A DNA stretch of 24,000 nucleotides. It comes from Glycomyces amatae (lineage in GTDB: Bacteria; Actinomycetota; Actinomycetes; Mycobacteriales; Micromonosporaceae). The translations under genes and the position numbers were made by a program. Shown here in pieces: positions 13,826 through 22,174 of this stretch. The notes below the pieces were generated by a model. The model was not told where the DNA came from. It ran no database searches and was given only the letters and a program-made list of their open reading frames with translations. Positions within the stretch are counted from its first letter, which is position 1. Every line of letters begins with the position of its first letter. The DNA lies in contig NZ_JAJLQZ010000013.1 in the NCBI RefSeq assembly GCF_020991375.1, positions 22,608 to 46,607 of the forward strand. Direction: 5' to 3'.

Positions 13826-15193
13826 ATGCTCCCGGATCACCCTTCGAAGGGACCAAGTGTGCAGAACGACCGACCCCCTCACCCCTCCCGCGCCGCGCTC
13901 GGACGCCGGAACCTCATGAAGGCCGCCGGCCTCGGCCTCGCCGCCGCGCCCGCCCTCGCCGCGTGCGGCCGCGGCTTCGGCGGCGACGACGACTCCGGCG
14001 ACGGCGTCACCCTCAACATGGTCTGGTGGGGCGACGCCGCCCGGGCCGAGAAGACCCAGGCCGCGCTCGACCTCTTCATGGAGCGGAACGAGGGCGTCGC
14101 CATCGAGGTCGAGTACCAGGACTCGGGCCCCTACCAGGACAAGCTCGCCACCCGCTTCGCCGCGGGCGACGCGCCCGACCTCATGGCCATGCGCATGGAC
14201 TCCCTGCGCGAGTACGCCGACCGCGGCGCCCTGCTCGACCTGGGCGAGTACGAGGGCGACCTCGACCTCTCGGGGCTCTCCGACAGCGCCGCGACCCTCG
14301 CCGCGGTGGGCGACAGCGTCTTCGGCGTCCCCGCCGGACTCAACACCATCGGCTTCGTCGTCCGCAAGGACCTCGCCGAGCAGTACGGCGCCGACATTCC
14401 CGACGGCGACACCTGGGGCTGGGACGACCTCGCCGCCTTCGCGCAGACCGTCTCCGACGCCAGCGGCGGCGAGGTCTACGGCACCGGCTTCGACGCCCAG
14501 ACCCTCGCCAACATCGTCGTCTACTGCCGCCAGCAGGGCGAGGACTTCTTCACTGAGGCAGGTGAGCTCGGCATCTCGGCGGCCACCGTCCAGTCCTGGT
14601 TCGAGCTCATCGACGGGATGCGCCGGTCCGGCGCCTACCCGCCCGCCGGGTTCTTCGAGGAGATCGGCGGCGGCCCCGACCAGTCCTACATCGCCCAGGG
14701 CAAGCTCGCCTCGCAGATCATCCCCACCAACAACTTCCTCGGCTACAACGCCGCCTGCGGCGGCAGCCTCGCGCTGCTGCGCATCCCCGGCGAGACCCGA
14801 TCGGTGCGGCGCGGCCAGTCCGTCGACTGCCCGCACTTGTGGTCGGTCGCCTCGGCCTCGAAGCACCCCGAGGAGGCGGTCAAGCTCCTCGAGTTCCTCA
14901 CCAACGACCCCGAGGCCTCGCTCGCCACGGGCACCACGCGCGGCGTCCCCGCCAACGCCGACGTGGCCGAGGAGATCAAGCCCTCGCTCGAACCGGACGA
15001 CCAGCTCGCCACCGAGTACCTCATGGCCCTCCAGGAGGAGGAGCTCCCGCGCTCCTACACGTACCCGCCCGGCGGCAGCGCCATCGCCGACGTCCTCGAC
15101 GTCATCGCCGTCGAGGTCGAGTTCGGACGGACGACCCCCGCCGACGGCGCCGCCCAGTTCATCGCGGAGGCCGAAGGAGCGCTCGCAGGGTGA
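13826..15193 (+). CDS. ABC transporter extracellular solute-binding protein (CUT1 sugar family), Tat/lipoprotein signal
   Basis: ...RRNLMKAAGLGLAAAPALAAC|GRG, then the family-1 SBP pattern (...LNMVWWGDAARAEKTQAALDLF...YQDKLATRFAAGDAPDLM...). Alternative start GTG 13859 (GAAGGGA at 13845-13851). Confidence 0.85.
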   Translation: MLPDHPSKGPSVQNDRPPHPSRAALGRRNLMKAAGLGLAAAPALAACGRGFGGDDDSGDGVTLNMVWWGDAARAEKTQAALDLFMERNEGVAIEVEYQDSGPYQDKLATRFAAGDAPDLMAMRMDSLREYADRGALLDLGEYEGDLDLSGLSDSAATLAAVGDSVFGVPAGLNTIGFVVRKDLAEQYGADIPDGDTWGWDDLAAFAQTVSDASGGEVYGTGFDAQTLANIVVYCRQQGEDFFTEAGELGISAATVQSWFELIDGMRRSGAYPPAGFFEEIGGGPDQSYIAQGKLASQIIPTNNFLGYNAACGGSLALLRIPGETRSVRRGQSVDCPHLWSVASASKHPEEAVKLLEFLTNDPEASLATGTTRGVPANADVAEEIKPSLEPDDQLATEYLMALQEEELPRSYTYPPGGSAIADVLDVIAVEVEFGRTTPADGAAQFIAEAEGALAG

Positions 15194-16134
15194 CCGCCTC
15201 CGCCGCCGAAGCCGCCGTCATGCCGGAGGCGGTCCGCCCGCCGGCGCCCCTGCGAGGGCGCCGGCGGGCGCGAAGGGACCGCGCCGGCTACCTGTTCCTG
15301 CTGCCCTGGTTCATCGGGATGCTCTTCACGATCGTCCCGTTCTTCGCCTCGCTGTACCTGGCGTTCACCGACTACGACCTGCTGACCCCTCCGGAGTGGA
15401 TCGGCCTGGAGAACTTCACCGCGATGTTCTCCGACCCGGCGCTGCTCCAGTCGCTCAAGGTCACGTTCGTCTACACGTTCGTGTCCGTGCCGCTCTCGCT
15501 CGCGGCCGCCCTCGGCGTCGCCATGATGCTCAACCGGGGGATCAGGGGCCTGCCGTGGTACCGGGCCGTGTTCTACCTGCCCTCGCTGCTGGGAGCGAGC
15601 GTCGCCGTGGTCCTGCTGTGGCGCTACGTCTTCGGCCTGGACGGAATCGTGAACGCGTTCCTCGGCCGGTTCGGCGTCGAGGCCATAGCCTGGACCTCCG
15701 ACCCCGACTACGCGCTCACCACCCTCATCATCCTGCACATCTGGACGTTCGGCTCGCCGATGGTGATCTTCCTGGCCGGGCTGCGGCAGATCCCGGTCAT
15801 GTACTACGAGGCCGCGGCCGTCGACGGCGCCTCCAGGTGGCGGCGCTTCCGCTCGATCACCCTGCCGCTGTTGAGCCCCATCATCTTCTTCAACCTGATC
15901 CAGTCGCTCATCGCCTCGTTCCAGACGTTCACGCAGGGCTTCGTCATGAACAACGGCGGCGGCGGACCGGCGAACTCCACATTGTTCTACAACCTGTACC
16001 TGTACCAGCAGGGCTTCAACCAGTTCAACATGGGCTACGCCTCCGCGATGGCCTGGACCCTCCTGGTGATCATCGCCGCCTTCACCGCCCTGACCTTCAT
16101 CTCCGCCAAGTACTGGGTCAACTACGACAACTGA
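15190..16134 (+). CDS. Carbohydrate ABC transporter permease (MalF/BPD_transp_1 type)
   Basis: GTGA overlap with the SBP stop (alternative ATG 15220). ...AGYLFLLPWFIGMLFTIVPF... and the EAA loop ...YYEAAAVDGASRWRRFRSITLPLLSP.... The track ORF from 14839 is over-extended. Confidence 0.85.
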   Translation: MTASAAEAAVMPEAVRPPAPLRGRRRARRDRAGYLFLLPWFIGMLFTIVPFFASLYLAFTDYDLLTPPEWIGLENFTAMFSDPALLQSLKVTFVYTFVSVPLSLAAALGVAMMLNRGIRGLPWYRAVFYLPSLLGASVAVVLLWRYVFGLDGIVNAFLGRFGVEAIAWTSDPDYALTTLIILHIWTFGSPMVIFLAGLRQIPVMYYEAAAVDGASRWRRFRSITLPLLSPIIFFNLIQSLIASFQTFTQGFVMNNGGGGPANSTLFYNLYLYQQGFNQFNMGYASAMAWTLLVIIAAFTALTFISAKYWVNYDN

Positions 16135-16144
16135 GGTCCCACCC

Positions 16145-17047
16145 ATGTCAACGACCATGCAATCGCCGCGGCAGCAGGCGGGGCGCGAGGACGACGACGC
16201 CCTCGTCGAGCGGTTCGGCTCCTCGCGGCGCAGCCGCTTCTCCCGGCACGTGATCCTGTGCGCCATCGGCCTGTTCATGATGTACCCGCTGATGTGGCTC
16301 GTCTCCAGCTCCCTCAAGCCGAACGGCCTGATCTTCTCGGACCTGTCGCTGTGGCCCGCCGCGTGGCACCCCGCCAACTACACCGAGGGCTGGACCGCCC
16401 TGGAGTACGACTTCGGCGTGTACTTCTCGAACTCGCTGGTCATCGTGGTGCTGAGCATCATCGGGAACCTGTTCTCGTGCTCGCTGGCGGCGTACGGGTT
16501 CGCGCGGCTCGACTTCACCGGCCGCAAGCTCTTCTTCGCGCTCATGCTCGGGACGATGATGCTGCCGGGCCACGTGCTGCTCATCCCGCAGTACATCCTG
16601 TTCGCGAAACTCGGCTGGCTCAACACCTACTACCCGTTGCTGGTGCCGAACTTCCTGGCCACCAACGCGTTCTACATCTTCCTGATGGTGCAGTTCATGC
16701 GCTCGCTCCCGACCGAGCTGGACGACGCGGCCCGCATCGACGGCTGCGGCCCGTTCCGCACCTTCTGGAGCATCATCCTGCCGCTGTGCCGCCCGGCCTT
16801 CGCGACCACGGCGATCTTCACGTTCATCTCGGTGTGGAACGAGTTCTTCGGGCCGCTGCTGTACCTCACCGACCCCGAGCTGTACACGGTCCCCTTGGCG
16901 CTCAGGCAGTTCGTCGACTCCGAAGGGCAGTCCGCGTGGGGCCCGATGTTCGCCATGTCGGTGCTGTCGCTCGCGCCGATCATCGGGTTCTTCATCGCCG
17001 GGCAGAAGTACCTCGTCAAGGGCATCGCCACCACCGGCCTCAAATAG
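16145..17047 (+). CDS. Carbohydrate ABC transporter permease (MalG type)
   Basis: ...MMYPLMWLVSSSLKP... and the EAA loop ...LDDAARIDGCGPFRTFWSIILPLCRPA.... GAGG lies upstream of ATG 16145. No ATPase gene is in the operon, as usual for actinobacterial CUT1 systems that share an MsiK-type ATPase. Confidence 0.9.
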   Translation: MSTTMQSPRQQAGREDDDALVERFGSSRRSRFSRHVILCAIGLFMMYPLMWLVSSSLKPNGLIFSDLSLWPAAWHPANYTEGWTALEYDFGVYFSNSLVIVVLSIIGNLFSCSLAAYGFARLDFTGRKLFFALMLGTMMLPGHVLLIPQYILFAKLGWLNTYYPLLVPNFLATNAFYIFLMVQFMRSLPTELDDAARIDGCGPFRTFWSIILPLCRPAFATTAIFTFISVWNEFFGPLLYLTDPELYTVPLALRQFVDSEGQSAWGPMFAMSVLSLAPIIGFFIAGQKYLVKGIATTGLK

Positions 17048-17085
17048 CACCGGACCCGCAAGGGCCGCATCACGAACGGAACGAC

Positions 17086-18594
17086 TTGAAGCAACCGCAC
17101 CGGTCCGCCGACAACGGCGACGGCACCTACCGCAACCCCGTCCTGCACGCGGACTGGTCCGACCCGGACGCGATCCGGGTGGGCGACGACTTCTACATGA
17201 CCGCCTCCAGCTTCCACCGCGTGCCGGGCCTGCCGATCCTGCACAGCCGCGACCTGGTGAACTGGACGATCATCGGCCACGCCCTCGCCCGGCTCGAGCC
17301 CGAGGCCGAGTTCCAGGCCCCGCAGCGCGGCGGCGGCGTGTGGGCCCCCGCCCTGCGCCACCACGGCGGCCGCTTCCGGATCGTCTACCCCGACCCGGAC
17401 CGGGGCCTGTTCGTCACCTCGGCCGAGGACCCGGTCGGCCCCTGGACCGTGCCGCACGCCTTGAAGACCGGCAAGGGCCTCATCGACCCCTGCCCCCTGT
17501 GGACGGAGGACGGCGGCGCCTACCTCGTGCACGGCTGGGCCAAGAGCCGCGCCGGGATCAACAACCGCCTCACCGTGCACCGCATGAGCCCCGACGCCAC
17601 CGAGCTCCTGGACGAGGGCGCCGTCGTGATCGACGGCGACGCGCTCCCCGGATACCGGACCCTCGAAGGCCCCAAGTTCTACCGGCGGGGCGAGTGGTAC
17701 TGGATCTTCGCCCCGGCCGGGGGCGTCACCGAGGGCTGGCAGTCGGCGTTCCGCTCCCGCGACCCCTTCGGGCCCTACGAGGGGCGCATCGTCCTCGCGC
17801 AGGGCGGCACCGACGTCAACGGTCCCCACCAGGGCGCGTGGGTCGACACCGCGGACGGATCGGACTGGTTCCTGCACTTCCAGGACAAGGGCCCCTACGG
17901 CAGGGTCGTGCACCTCCAGCCGATGCGCTGGGGCGAGGACGGCTGGCCCGTGATCGGCGACGGGGGCGAACCGGTCGCCTCGCACGCCAAGCCGTGCGAG
18001 GGCGGGCCCGTCGCCGCCCCGGACGCCGCCGACGACTTCGCCACCGGCATCGGTCCGCAGTGGTCCTGGCAGGCCAACCCCGAACCCCACTGGGGCAACG
18101 CCGATTCCGGCCTGCGCCTCGCCTGCCTCCCCTCGGACGGCGACCTGCGGCTCCTGCCGAACCTCCTGGGGCAGCGCCTGCCCGCCGAGCGGTTCCAGGC
18201 CCGGACCCTGCTGCGCCTCGACGCGGGCCCCGGCGCCCGGGCGGGCCTCGCCGTCGTGGGCGACACCTACGCGTGGATCGGCCTGGAGCGCACCGAGAAC
18301 GGCGTCGACCTGGTCTACCGGGTCCGCGAGGGCGGCGCGGAGGAGGACGCGGCGCGCGAACCGGCCGACGACGTCGCGGCCATCGGCGTGGACGTCGACG
18401 CCGGCGGCCGCTGCCGGTTCCTCACCGGCGCCGTCCCCCGCCAGGTCGGGCCGGTCTTCCAGGCCACCGAGGGCCGCTGGGTCGGCGCCGCGCTCGGCCT
18501 GTTCGCGACCACCGCGGACCTGCTGGTGTCCGGGACCGCGGAGTTCGGCCCGCTGCGCGTCACCGAGGGCCGCGCGGGCGACTATGAAGGCTAG
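17086..18594 (+). CDS. Glycoside hydrolase family 43 (beta-xylosidase/alpha-L-arabinofuranosidase type) with a C-terminal beta-sandwich domain
   Basis: ...TYRNPVLHADWSDPDAIRVGDDFYMTASSF...GVWAPALR...LIDPCPLW...LEGPKFYRRGEWYWIFAPAGG.... TTG 17086 is the only start candidate in this frame after the upstream stop, so the start is uncertain. Confidence 0.85.
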   Translation: MKQPHRSADNGDGTYRNPVLHADWSDPDAIRVGDDFYMTASSFHRVPGLPILHSRDLVNWTIIGHALARLEPEAEFQAPQRGGGVWAPALRHHGGRFRIVYPDPDRGLFVTSAEDPVGPWTVPHALKTGKGLIDPCPLWTEDGGAYLVHGWAKSRAGINNRLTVHRMSPDATELLDEGAVVIDGDALPGYRTLEGPKFYRRGEWYWIFAPAGGVTEGWQSAFRSRDPFGPYEGRIVLAQGGTDVNGPHQGAWVDTADGSDWFLHFQDKGPYGRVVHLQPMRWGEDGWPVIGDGGEPVASHAKPCEGGPVAAPDAADDFATGIGPQWSWQANPEPHWGNADSGLRLACLPSDGDLRLLPNLLGQRLPAERFQARTLLRLDAGPGARAGLAVVGDTYAWIGLERTENGVDLVYRVREGGAEEDAAREPADDVAAIGVDVDAGGRCRFLTGAVPRQVGPVFQATEGRWVGAALGLFATTADLLVSGTAEFGPLRVTEGRAGDYEG

Positions 18595-19477
18595 GCCCGA
18601 CGACGCGGCCTCCCTCGTGCGGACCCATGAGCTGCGGCTCGGCGGCAGGGCGGTCGCCGAGTACGTCTGGCGCCCCCATGCGCCGAACCTCTTGTCGCCC
18701 AGGCCCTTCCTGCACCCTGTGCGGACCCTCGCCGGGACGGAGGTGACCGAGGCGATGCCGCCCGACCACCTCCACCACCTCGGCGCGAGCCTCGCGGTGC
18801 CGGACGTGGGCGGCGCGAACTTCTGGGGCGGGCGCACCTACGTGCGGGGCAAGGGGTCGGTGCCGCTGCCCAACCACGGCGTGCAGCGGCACCACCGCTG
18901 GGAGGCCCGTACCGACGCCGTGCTCGCGCACGAGCTGCGCTGGACCCGCATCGACGGCACCGCGATCCTGCGCGAGCGCCGCCGCATCGCCGCCCGCCCG
19001 GTCGACGGCCGCGCCTGGGCCCTCGACTTCCGGTACTCGCTGCGGAACCTGACCGACGAGCCGCTGCTCATCTCGAGCCCGGGCGCCAAGGGCCGCACCG
19101 GGGCCGGGTACGGCGGGTTCTTCTGGCGGGCCCGGCGGGGCCTGCGCAGCGTCCGCGTCCTCGGCCCCGGCGCCGCGGGGGAGGAGCGCCTCCACGGCGC
19201 CCGCGCCGCCTGGCTCGCCCTCAGCGCCCGCGGCCCCGACCCGTGGACGCTCGTGTTCGTCCCCGAGCCCGGACCGGACGAGCCGTGGTTCGTGCGCGGC
19301 GGCGACTACGTGGGCGTCGGCCCCTCGCTCGCCTGGTCCCAGCCCTTGAAAGCCCTCCCCGGCGAAGGCCCCCGGCGCCGTATCATCACGGTGGTCGCGG
19401 ACGGCGCGCTCGACTCCCGGGCGGTCGAGAAGCTGGTCGAGACCGCGACCGCCGATTTCACGCTTCGAGAAGCGTGA
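18584..19477 (+). CDS. PmoA-family protein (DUF6807), paralog 1
   Basis: ATG 18584 overlaps the GH43 stop by 11 nt. Motifs ...PRPFLHPVRTLAGTEVTEAMPPDHLHHLGASLAVPDVGGANFWGG... and ...GAGYGGFFWR.... Confidence 0.75.
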   Translation: MKARPDDAASLVRTHELRLGGRAVAEYVWRPHAPNLLSPRPFLHPVRTLAGTEVTEAMPPDHLHHLGASLAVPDVGGANFWGGRTYVRGKGSVPLPNHGVQRHHRWEARTDAVLAHELRWTRIDGTAILRERRRIAARPVDGRAWALDFRYSLRNLTDEPLLISSPGAKGRTGAGYGGFFWRARRGLRSVRVLGPGAAGEERLHGARAAWLALSARGPDPWTLVFVPEPGPDEPWFVRGGDYVGVGPSLAWSQPLKALPGEGPRRRIITVVADGALDSRAVEKLVETATADFTLREA

Positions 19478-19502
19478 ATATGAACGTTAAATCCTATAGG
19501 AT
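19457..19502. promoter_or_regulatory. Two perfect palindromes in the A/T-rich gap between the PmoA paralogs (operator candidates)
   Basis: TTCACGCTTCGAGAAGCGTGAA (19457-19478) has 10-bp arms, a 2-nt centre, and spans stop codon 19475-19477. ATCCTATAGGAT (19491-19502) is followed by GTATCC, an extra half-site. Confidence 0.35.
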
Positions 19503-19557
19503 GTATCCGATGCGGTCGACGGGCCGGACCCTTCGGCCGACGGCGACGCCCGCCGCC

Positions 19558-19578
19558 GGCCCCGCGCCTCGCGGGGCC
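19558..19578 (+). terminator. GC-rich stem-loop (attenuator or terminator candidate) between the PmoA paralogs
   Basis: GGCCCCGCG-CCT-CGCGGGGCC: a 9-bp perfect stem with a 3-nt loop and no U-tract. Confidence 0.3.
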
Positions 19579-19661
19579 CGGACACGGACCGCGGACCCTA
19601 TGGGACGCCGCCCGCGCGGCCGGACGCCGCACCGGCGGCGCCCGTGAGACTTGGAGGCGCG

Positions 19662-20561
19662 ATGGAGCACTCCGGCACGACCCGGTCGATGGTCGCGGAC
19701 CGGCCGCCCGACACCGTCCGCATGCAGGTCGACGGCCGCGACGTCGCCAGCTACGTGTGGCGCTCGCAGCTGCCCGCCTCGACCGCGCCCCGGCCCTTCC
19801 TCCACCCCGTGCGCACCCTCGCCGGGTGCCTCGTCACCGACGCGAGGCCGCACTCGCACACCCACCAGCTCGGCATCTCGATCGCCGCGCCCGACATCGG
19901 CGGGCGGAACTTCTGGGGCGGGCGCACCTTCGTCGCCGGGCACGGCCCCGCCTGGCTCGACGACCACGGCGCCCAGCGGCACCGGCGGTGGCTGCGCCAC
20001 ACCGACTCCGAGCTGGCGCACACGCTCCAGTGGGTCGACGCGGACGGGGCCGCGCTGCTGCGCGAGCGCCGCTCGATCGACTGCGCCCCTTTGAACGACG
20101 AGGCCTGGACCCTCGGCTTCCGGACCAGGCTGACGAACGCGACGGACCGGCCGCTGCCGATCCGCAGCCCGGCCGCGCTCGGCCGCGTCGGCGCCGGGTA
20201 CGGGGGCTTCTTCTGGCGCGGACCGGCCGCCACCGGGGACGTGCGCGTGCTCAGCCCGGCCGGGACGGGCGTGCGCGCCGTCCACGGCACCACCGCCCCG
20301 TGGGTGGCCGTCTCCGGCGCCGACGCGGCCGAACGCGAGTGGACCGTGCTGTTCCTGGCCGCCGACGCGACGACCGCCGGGGACCGGTGGTTCGTGCGCG
20401 CCCGCGACTACCTCGGGGTCGGCTCCTCGCTCACCTGGGACCGCCCCCTGGTGCTGGAGCCGGGCGCCCAGATCACTCGGCATATCCTCGCTGTCGTGGC
20501 AGACGGAACCCTCAGCGCGGACGCGGCCGCCGCGCTCGCCGACGCGACGCGGCCCGCATGA
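19662..20561 (+). CDS. PmoA-family protein (DUF6807), paralog 2
   Basis: ...PRPFLHPVRTLAGCLVTDARPHSHTHQLGISIAAPDIGGRNFWGG...GAGYGGFFWR... is collinear with paralog 1. GGAGG at 19653-19657 lies before ATG 19662 (alternative GTG 19644). Confidence 0.75.
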   Translation: MEHSGTTRSMVADRPPDTVRMQVDGRDVASYVWRSQLPASTAPRPFLHPVRTLAGCLVTDARPHSHTHQLGISIAAPDIGGRNFWGGRTFVAGHGPAWLDDHGAQRHRRWLRHTDSELAHTLQWVDADGAALLRERRSIDCAPLNDEAWTLGFRTRLTNATDRPLPIRSPAALGRVGAGYGGFFWRGPAATGDVRVLSPAGTGVRAVHGTTAPWVAVSGADAAEREWTVLFLAADATTAGDRWFVRARDYLGVGSSLTWDRPLVLEPGAQITRHILAVVADGTLSADAAAALADATRPA

Positions 20562-21763
20562 GGGCCGACGACCCCGCCAGGCAGGAGCGCCTGCGCGCCA
20601 TCAACCTCGAACTCGTGCTCCGGCGCCTGCTCGCCGCCGAGGCCCCGGTCTCGCGCACCGAACTGGCCGCCGCGACCGGGCTCACCCGCCCCACGATCAC
20701 GCGGATCGTGGAGGAGCTCATCGCCGGGCGCCTCGTCACCGAGACCGGCGCGACCTCCGACGGCCGCGCCGGCCGCCCCCGCATGGGGCTCCGGCTCTCC
20801 CGCTCCGGCCCGGCCGGGCTCGGGCTCGACATCCGCACCGACGGCCTCGCCGCGTGCGTCGTCGACCTCACCGGCTCGGTGCGCCACCTCGCGTTCGCGC
20901 CGTTCACCGACACCGAGGCCCCGGCCGTGCTCGACCGCTTGGGGCGCATGGCGACCGAAGCGGTGGACGCCGCCTCGCGCGAAGGCCTCACCGTCGTCAC
21001 CGCGACCCTCGCCGTGCCGGGCCCCACGGACGGCGGGATCGTGCGGACCGCGCCCGCCCTCGGCTGGCGGTCGGTGGACGCGGGGGCGCTCCTCACCGAG
21101 CGGATCGGGCACCTCGGGCTCGTGTGCGCGGTCGACAACGAGGCGAACCTCGCCGCGCAGGGCGAGCTGCGCGCGGCGAGGTCGCACACCGACGGCGTGC
21201 CCGACCACTTCGTGTACGTCTCGGGCAGCCTCGACATCGGGGCGGGGATCATCCTCGACGGCCGCCCGCTGCGCGGGTCGCACGGCTGGGGCGGAGAGCT
21301 CGGGCACCTCACCGTCGACCCGGACGGGAAGCCGTGCCGCTGCGGCGCGAGGGGATGCCTCCAGACCTATGCGAGCCTCGCGGCGATCCTCGGCGGCGAG
21401 GCCCCGCCCCCCGGGGTCACGGCGGACGCGGCGGTCCTCGCGCGGGCCGACGCGGGACGGCCCGAGACCCTCGCGGCCCTGGAGGCCGCGGCGCACGCGC
21501 TCGGGGTCGCGCTCGCCAACGTGCTCAACCTCCTCGACATCGACACCATCCTGTTGGGAGGGACGTACGCGCTGCTCTCGTCGTGGCTCGTCGCCGGAGT
21601 GGAGGCCGAGGTGAACCAGCGGGTGCTCTCGGCGGGGTGGGCGCCGATCACCGTGCGGCCCGCGACGCTGGGACCGGACGCGGCGGCGATCGGCGCCGCG
21701 GCGACGGTCATCGACCACATCGGAGCCGACCCGGCCGCCTGGCTGGCCGCCAGGGAGCGGTAG
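20558..21763 (+). CDS. ROK family transcriptional regulator
   Basis: ATGA overlap with the PmoA-2 stop. N-terminal wHTH ...VSRTELAAATGLTRPTITRIVEELIAGRLV..., then a ROK domain with ...DNEANLAAQGE... and the zinc motif ...GHLTVDPDGKPCRCGARGCLQTY. The track ORF from 19757 is over-extended. Confidence 0.9.
   Translation: MRADDPARQERLRAINLELVLRRLLAAEAPVSRTELAAATGLTRPTITRIVEELIAGRLVTETGATSDGRAGRPRMGLRLSRSGPAGLGLDIRTDGLAACVVDLTGSVRHLAFAPFTDTEAPAVLDRLGRMATEAVDAASREGLTVVTATLAVPGPTDGGIVRTAPALGWRSVDAGALLTERIGHLGLVCAVDNEANLAAQGELRAARSHTDGVPDHFVYVSGSLDIGAGIILDGRPLRGSHGWGGELGHLTVDPDGKPCRCGARGCLQTYASLAAILGGEAPPPGVTADAAVLARADAGRPETLAALEAAAHALGVALANVLNLLDIDTILLGGTYALLSSWLVAGVEAEVNQRVLSAGWAPITVRPATLGPDAAAIGAAATVIDHIGADPAAWLAARER
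21639..21668 (+). repeat. Copy 1 of a perfect 30-bp direct repeat (inside the ROK 3' coding region)
   Basis: GGGCGCCGATCACCGTGCGGCCCGCGACGC is identical to 22069-22098. Confidence 0.95.
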
Positions 21764-21793
21764 CGGGTCCTGCCCGCCCGGCTCCGGGCGCCG

Positions 21794-22030
21794 CTATCCG
21801 GCCGCTGCGCCGAGTTCCCTCTCCATGAGTCGTTCCCGGCCCGCCCCGTCGGGCATCGGGTCCCCGAGGCCGCCGGTGTCGCGGAAGCCGTTCCGCCGGT
21901 AGAGCGCTTCGGCGGCCCGGTTGCCGTCCGCGACGGCCAGCCGGAGCACCGACGCGCCCGCCTCCTCGGCCCATCGGATCACCTCGCCGACCAGCAGGTC
22001 GCCGACGCCGCGCGGGCGGCGATCACATGC
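21794..22030 (-). pseudogene. Truncated GNAT acetyltransferase remnant (C-terminal half only)
   Basis: The minus frame reads (stop)ACDRRPRGVGDLLVGEVIRWAEEAGASVLRLAVADGNRAAEALYRRNGFRDTG..., which is motif A/B of a GNAT. The N-terminal beta-strands are absent, with an in-frame TGA at 22031-22033. Confidence 0.6.
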
Positions 22031-22068
22031 TCAGTTCGTCAGGGGCGGTCGGCAGGTCGCCGCGGCGC

Positions 22069-22098
22069 GGGCGCCGATCACCGTGCGGCCCGCGACGC
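22069..22098 (+). repeat. Copy 2 of the perfect 30-bp direct repeat (intergenic)
   Basis: Identical to 21639-21668, 430 bp downstream. It generates the spurious ORF tail ...APITVRPAT that mimics the ROK peptide. Confidence 0.95.
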
Positions 22099-22101
22099 GC
22101 G

Positions 22102-22153
22102 GTTGAACGGTGCAGTTGAACGGTGCGGTCGAGCGGTGCGGTCGAGCGGCACG
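22102..22153 (+). repeat. 4 x 13-bp tandem repeat
   Basis: GTTGAACGGTGCA / GTTGAACGGTGCG / GTCGAGCGGTGCG / GTCGAGCGGCACG, head to tail. It lies between repeat copy 2 and the methyltransferase stop. Confidence 0.9.
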
Positions 22154-22174
22154 GCGCCAGCGGTCTCGCGCCGC

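Noticed and set aside
16672-18837. 721-aa minus-strand ORF, plus the alternative-frame plus ORFs (for example 17340..18587 and 14562..16253) over the ABC/GH43 genes
   Set aside because: Arg/Pro-rich junk translations. The annotated frames carry permease EAA loops and GH43 catalytic motifs.
21921-22106. 61-aa plus-strand ORF ending ...APITVRPATRG
   Set aside because: It exists only because the 30-bp ROK-derived repeat copy supplies its tail. The rest is antisense to the GNAT remnant. Not a gene.
22102-22153. CRISPR-like or iteron array
   Set aside because: The units are directly abutting 13-mers without spacers, and only four copies are present. There are no cas genes or replication genes nearby. 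Kept only as a simple tandem repeat.
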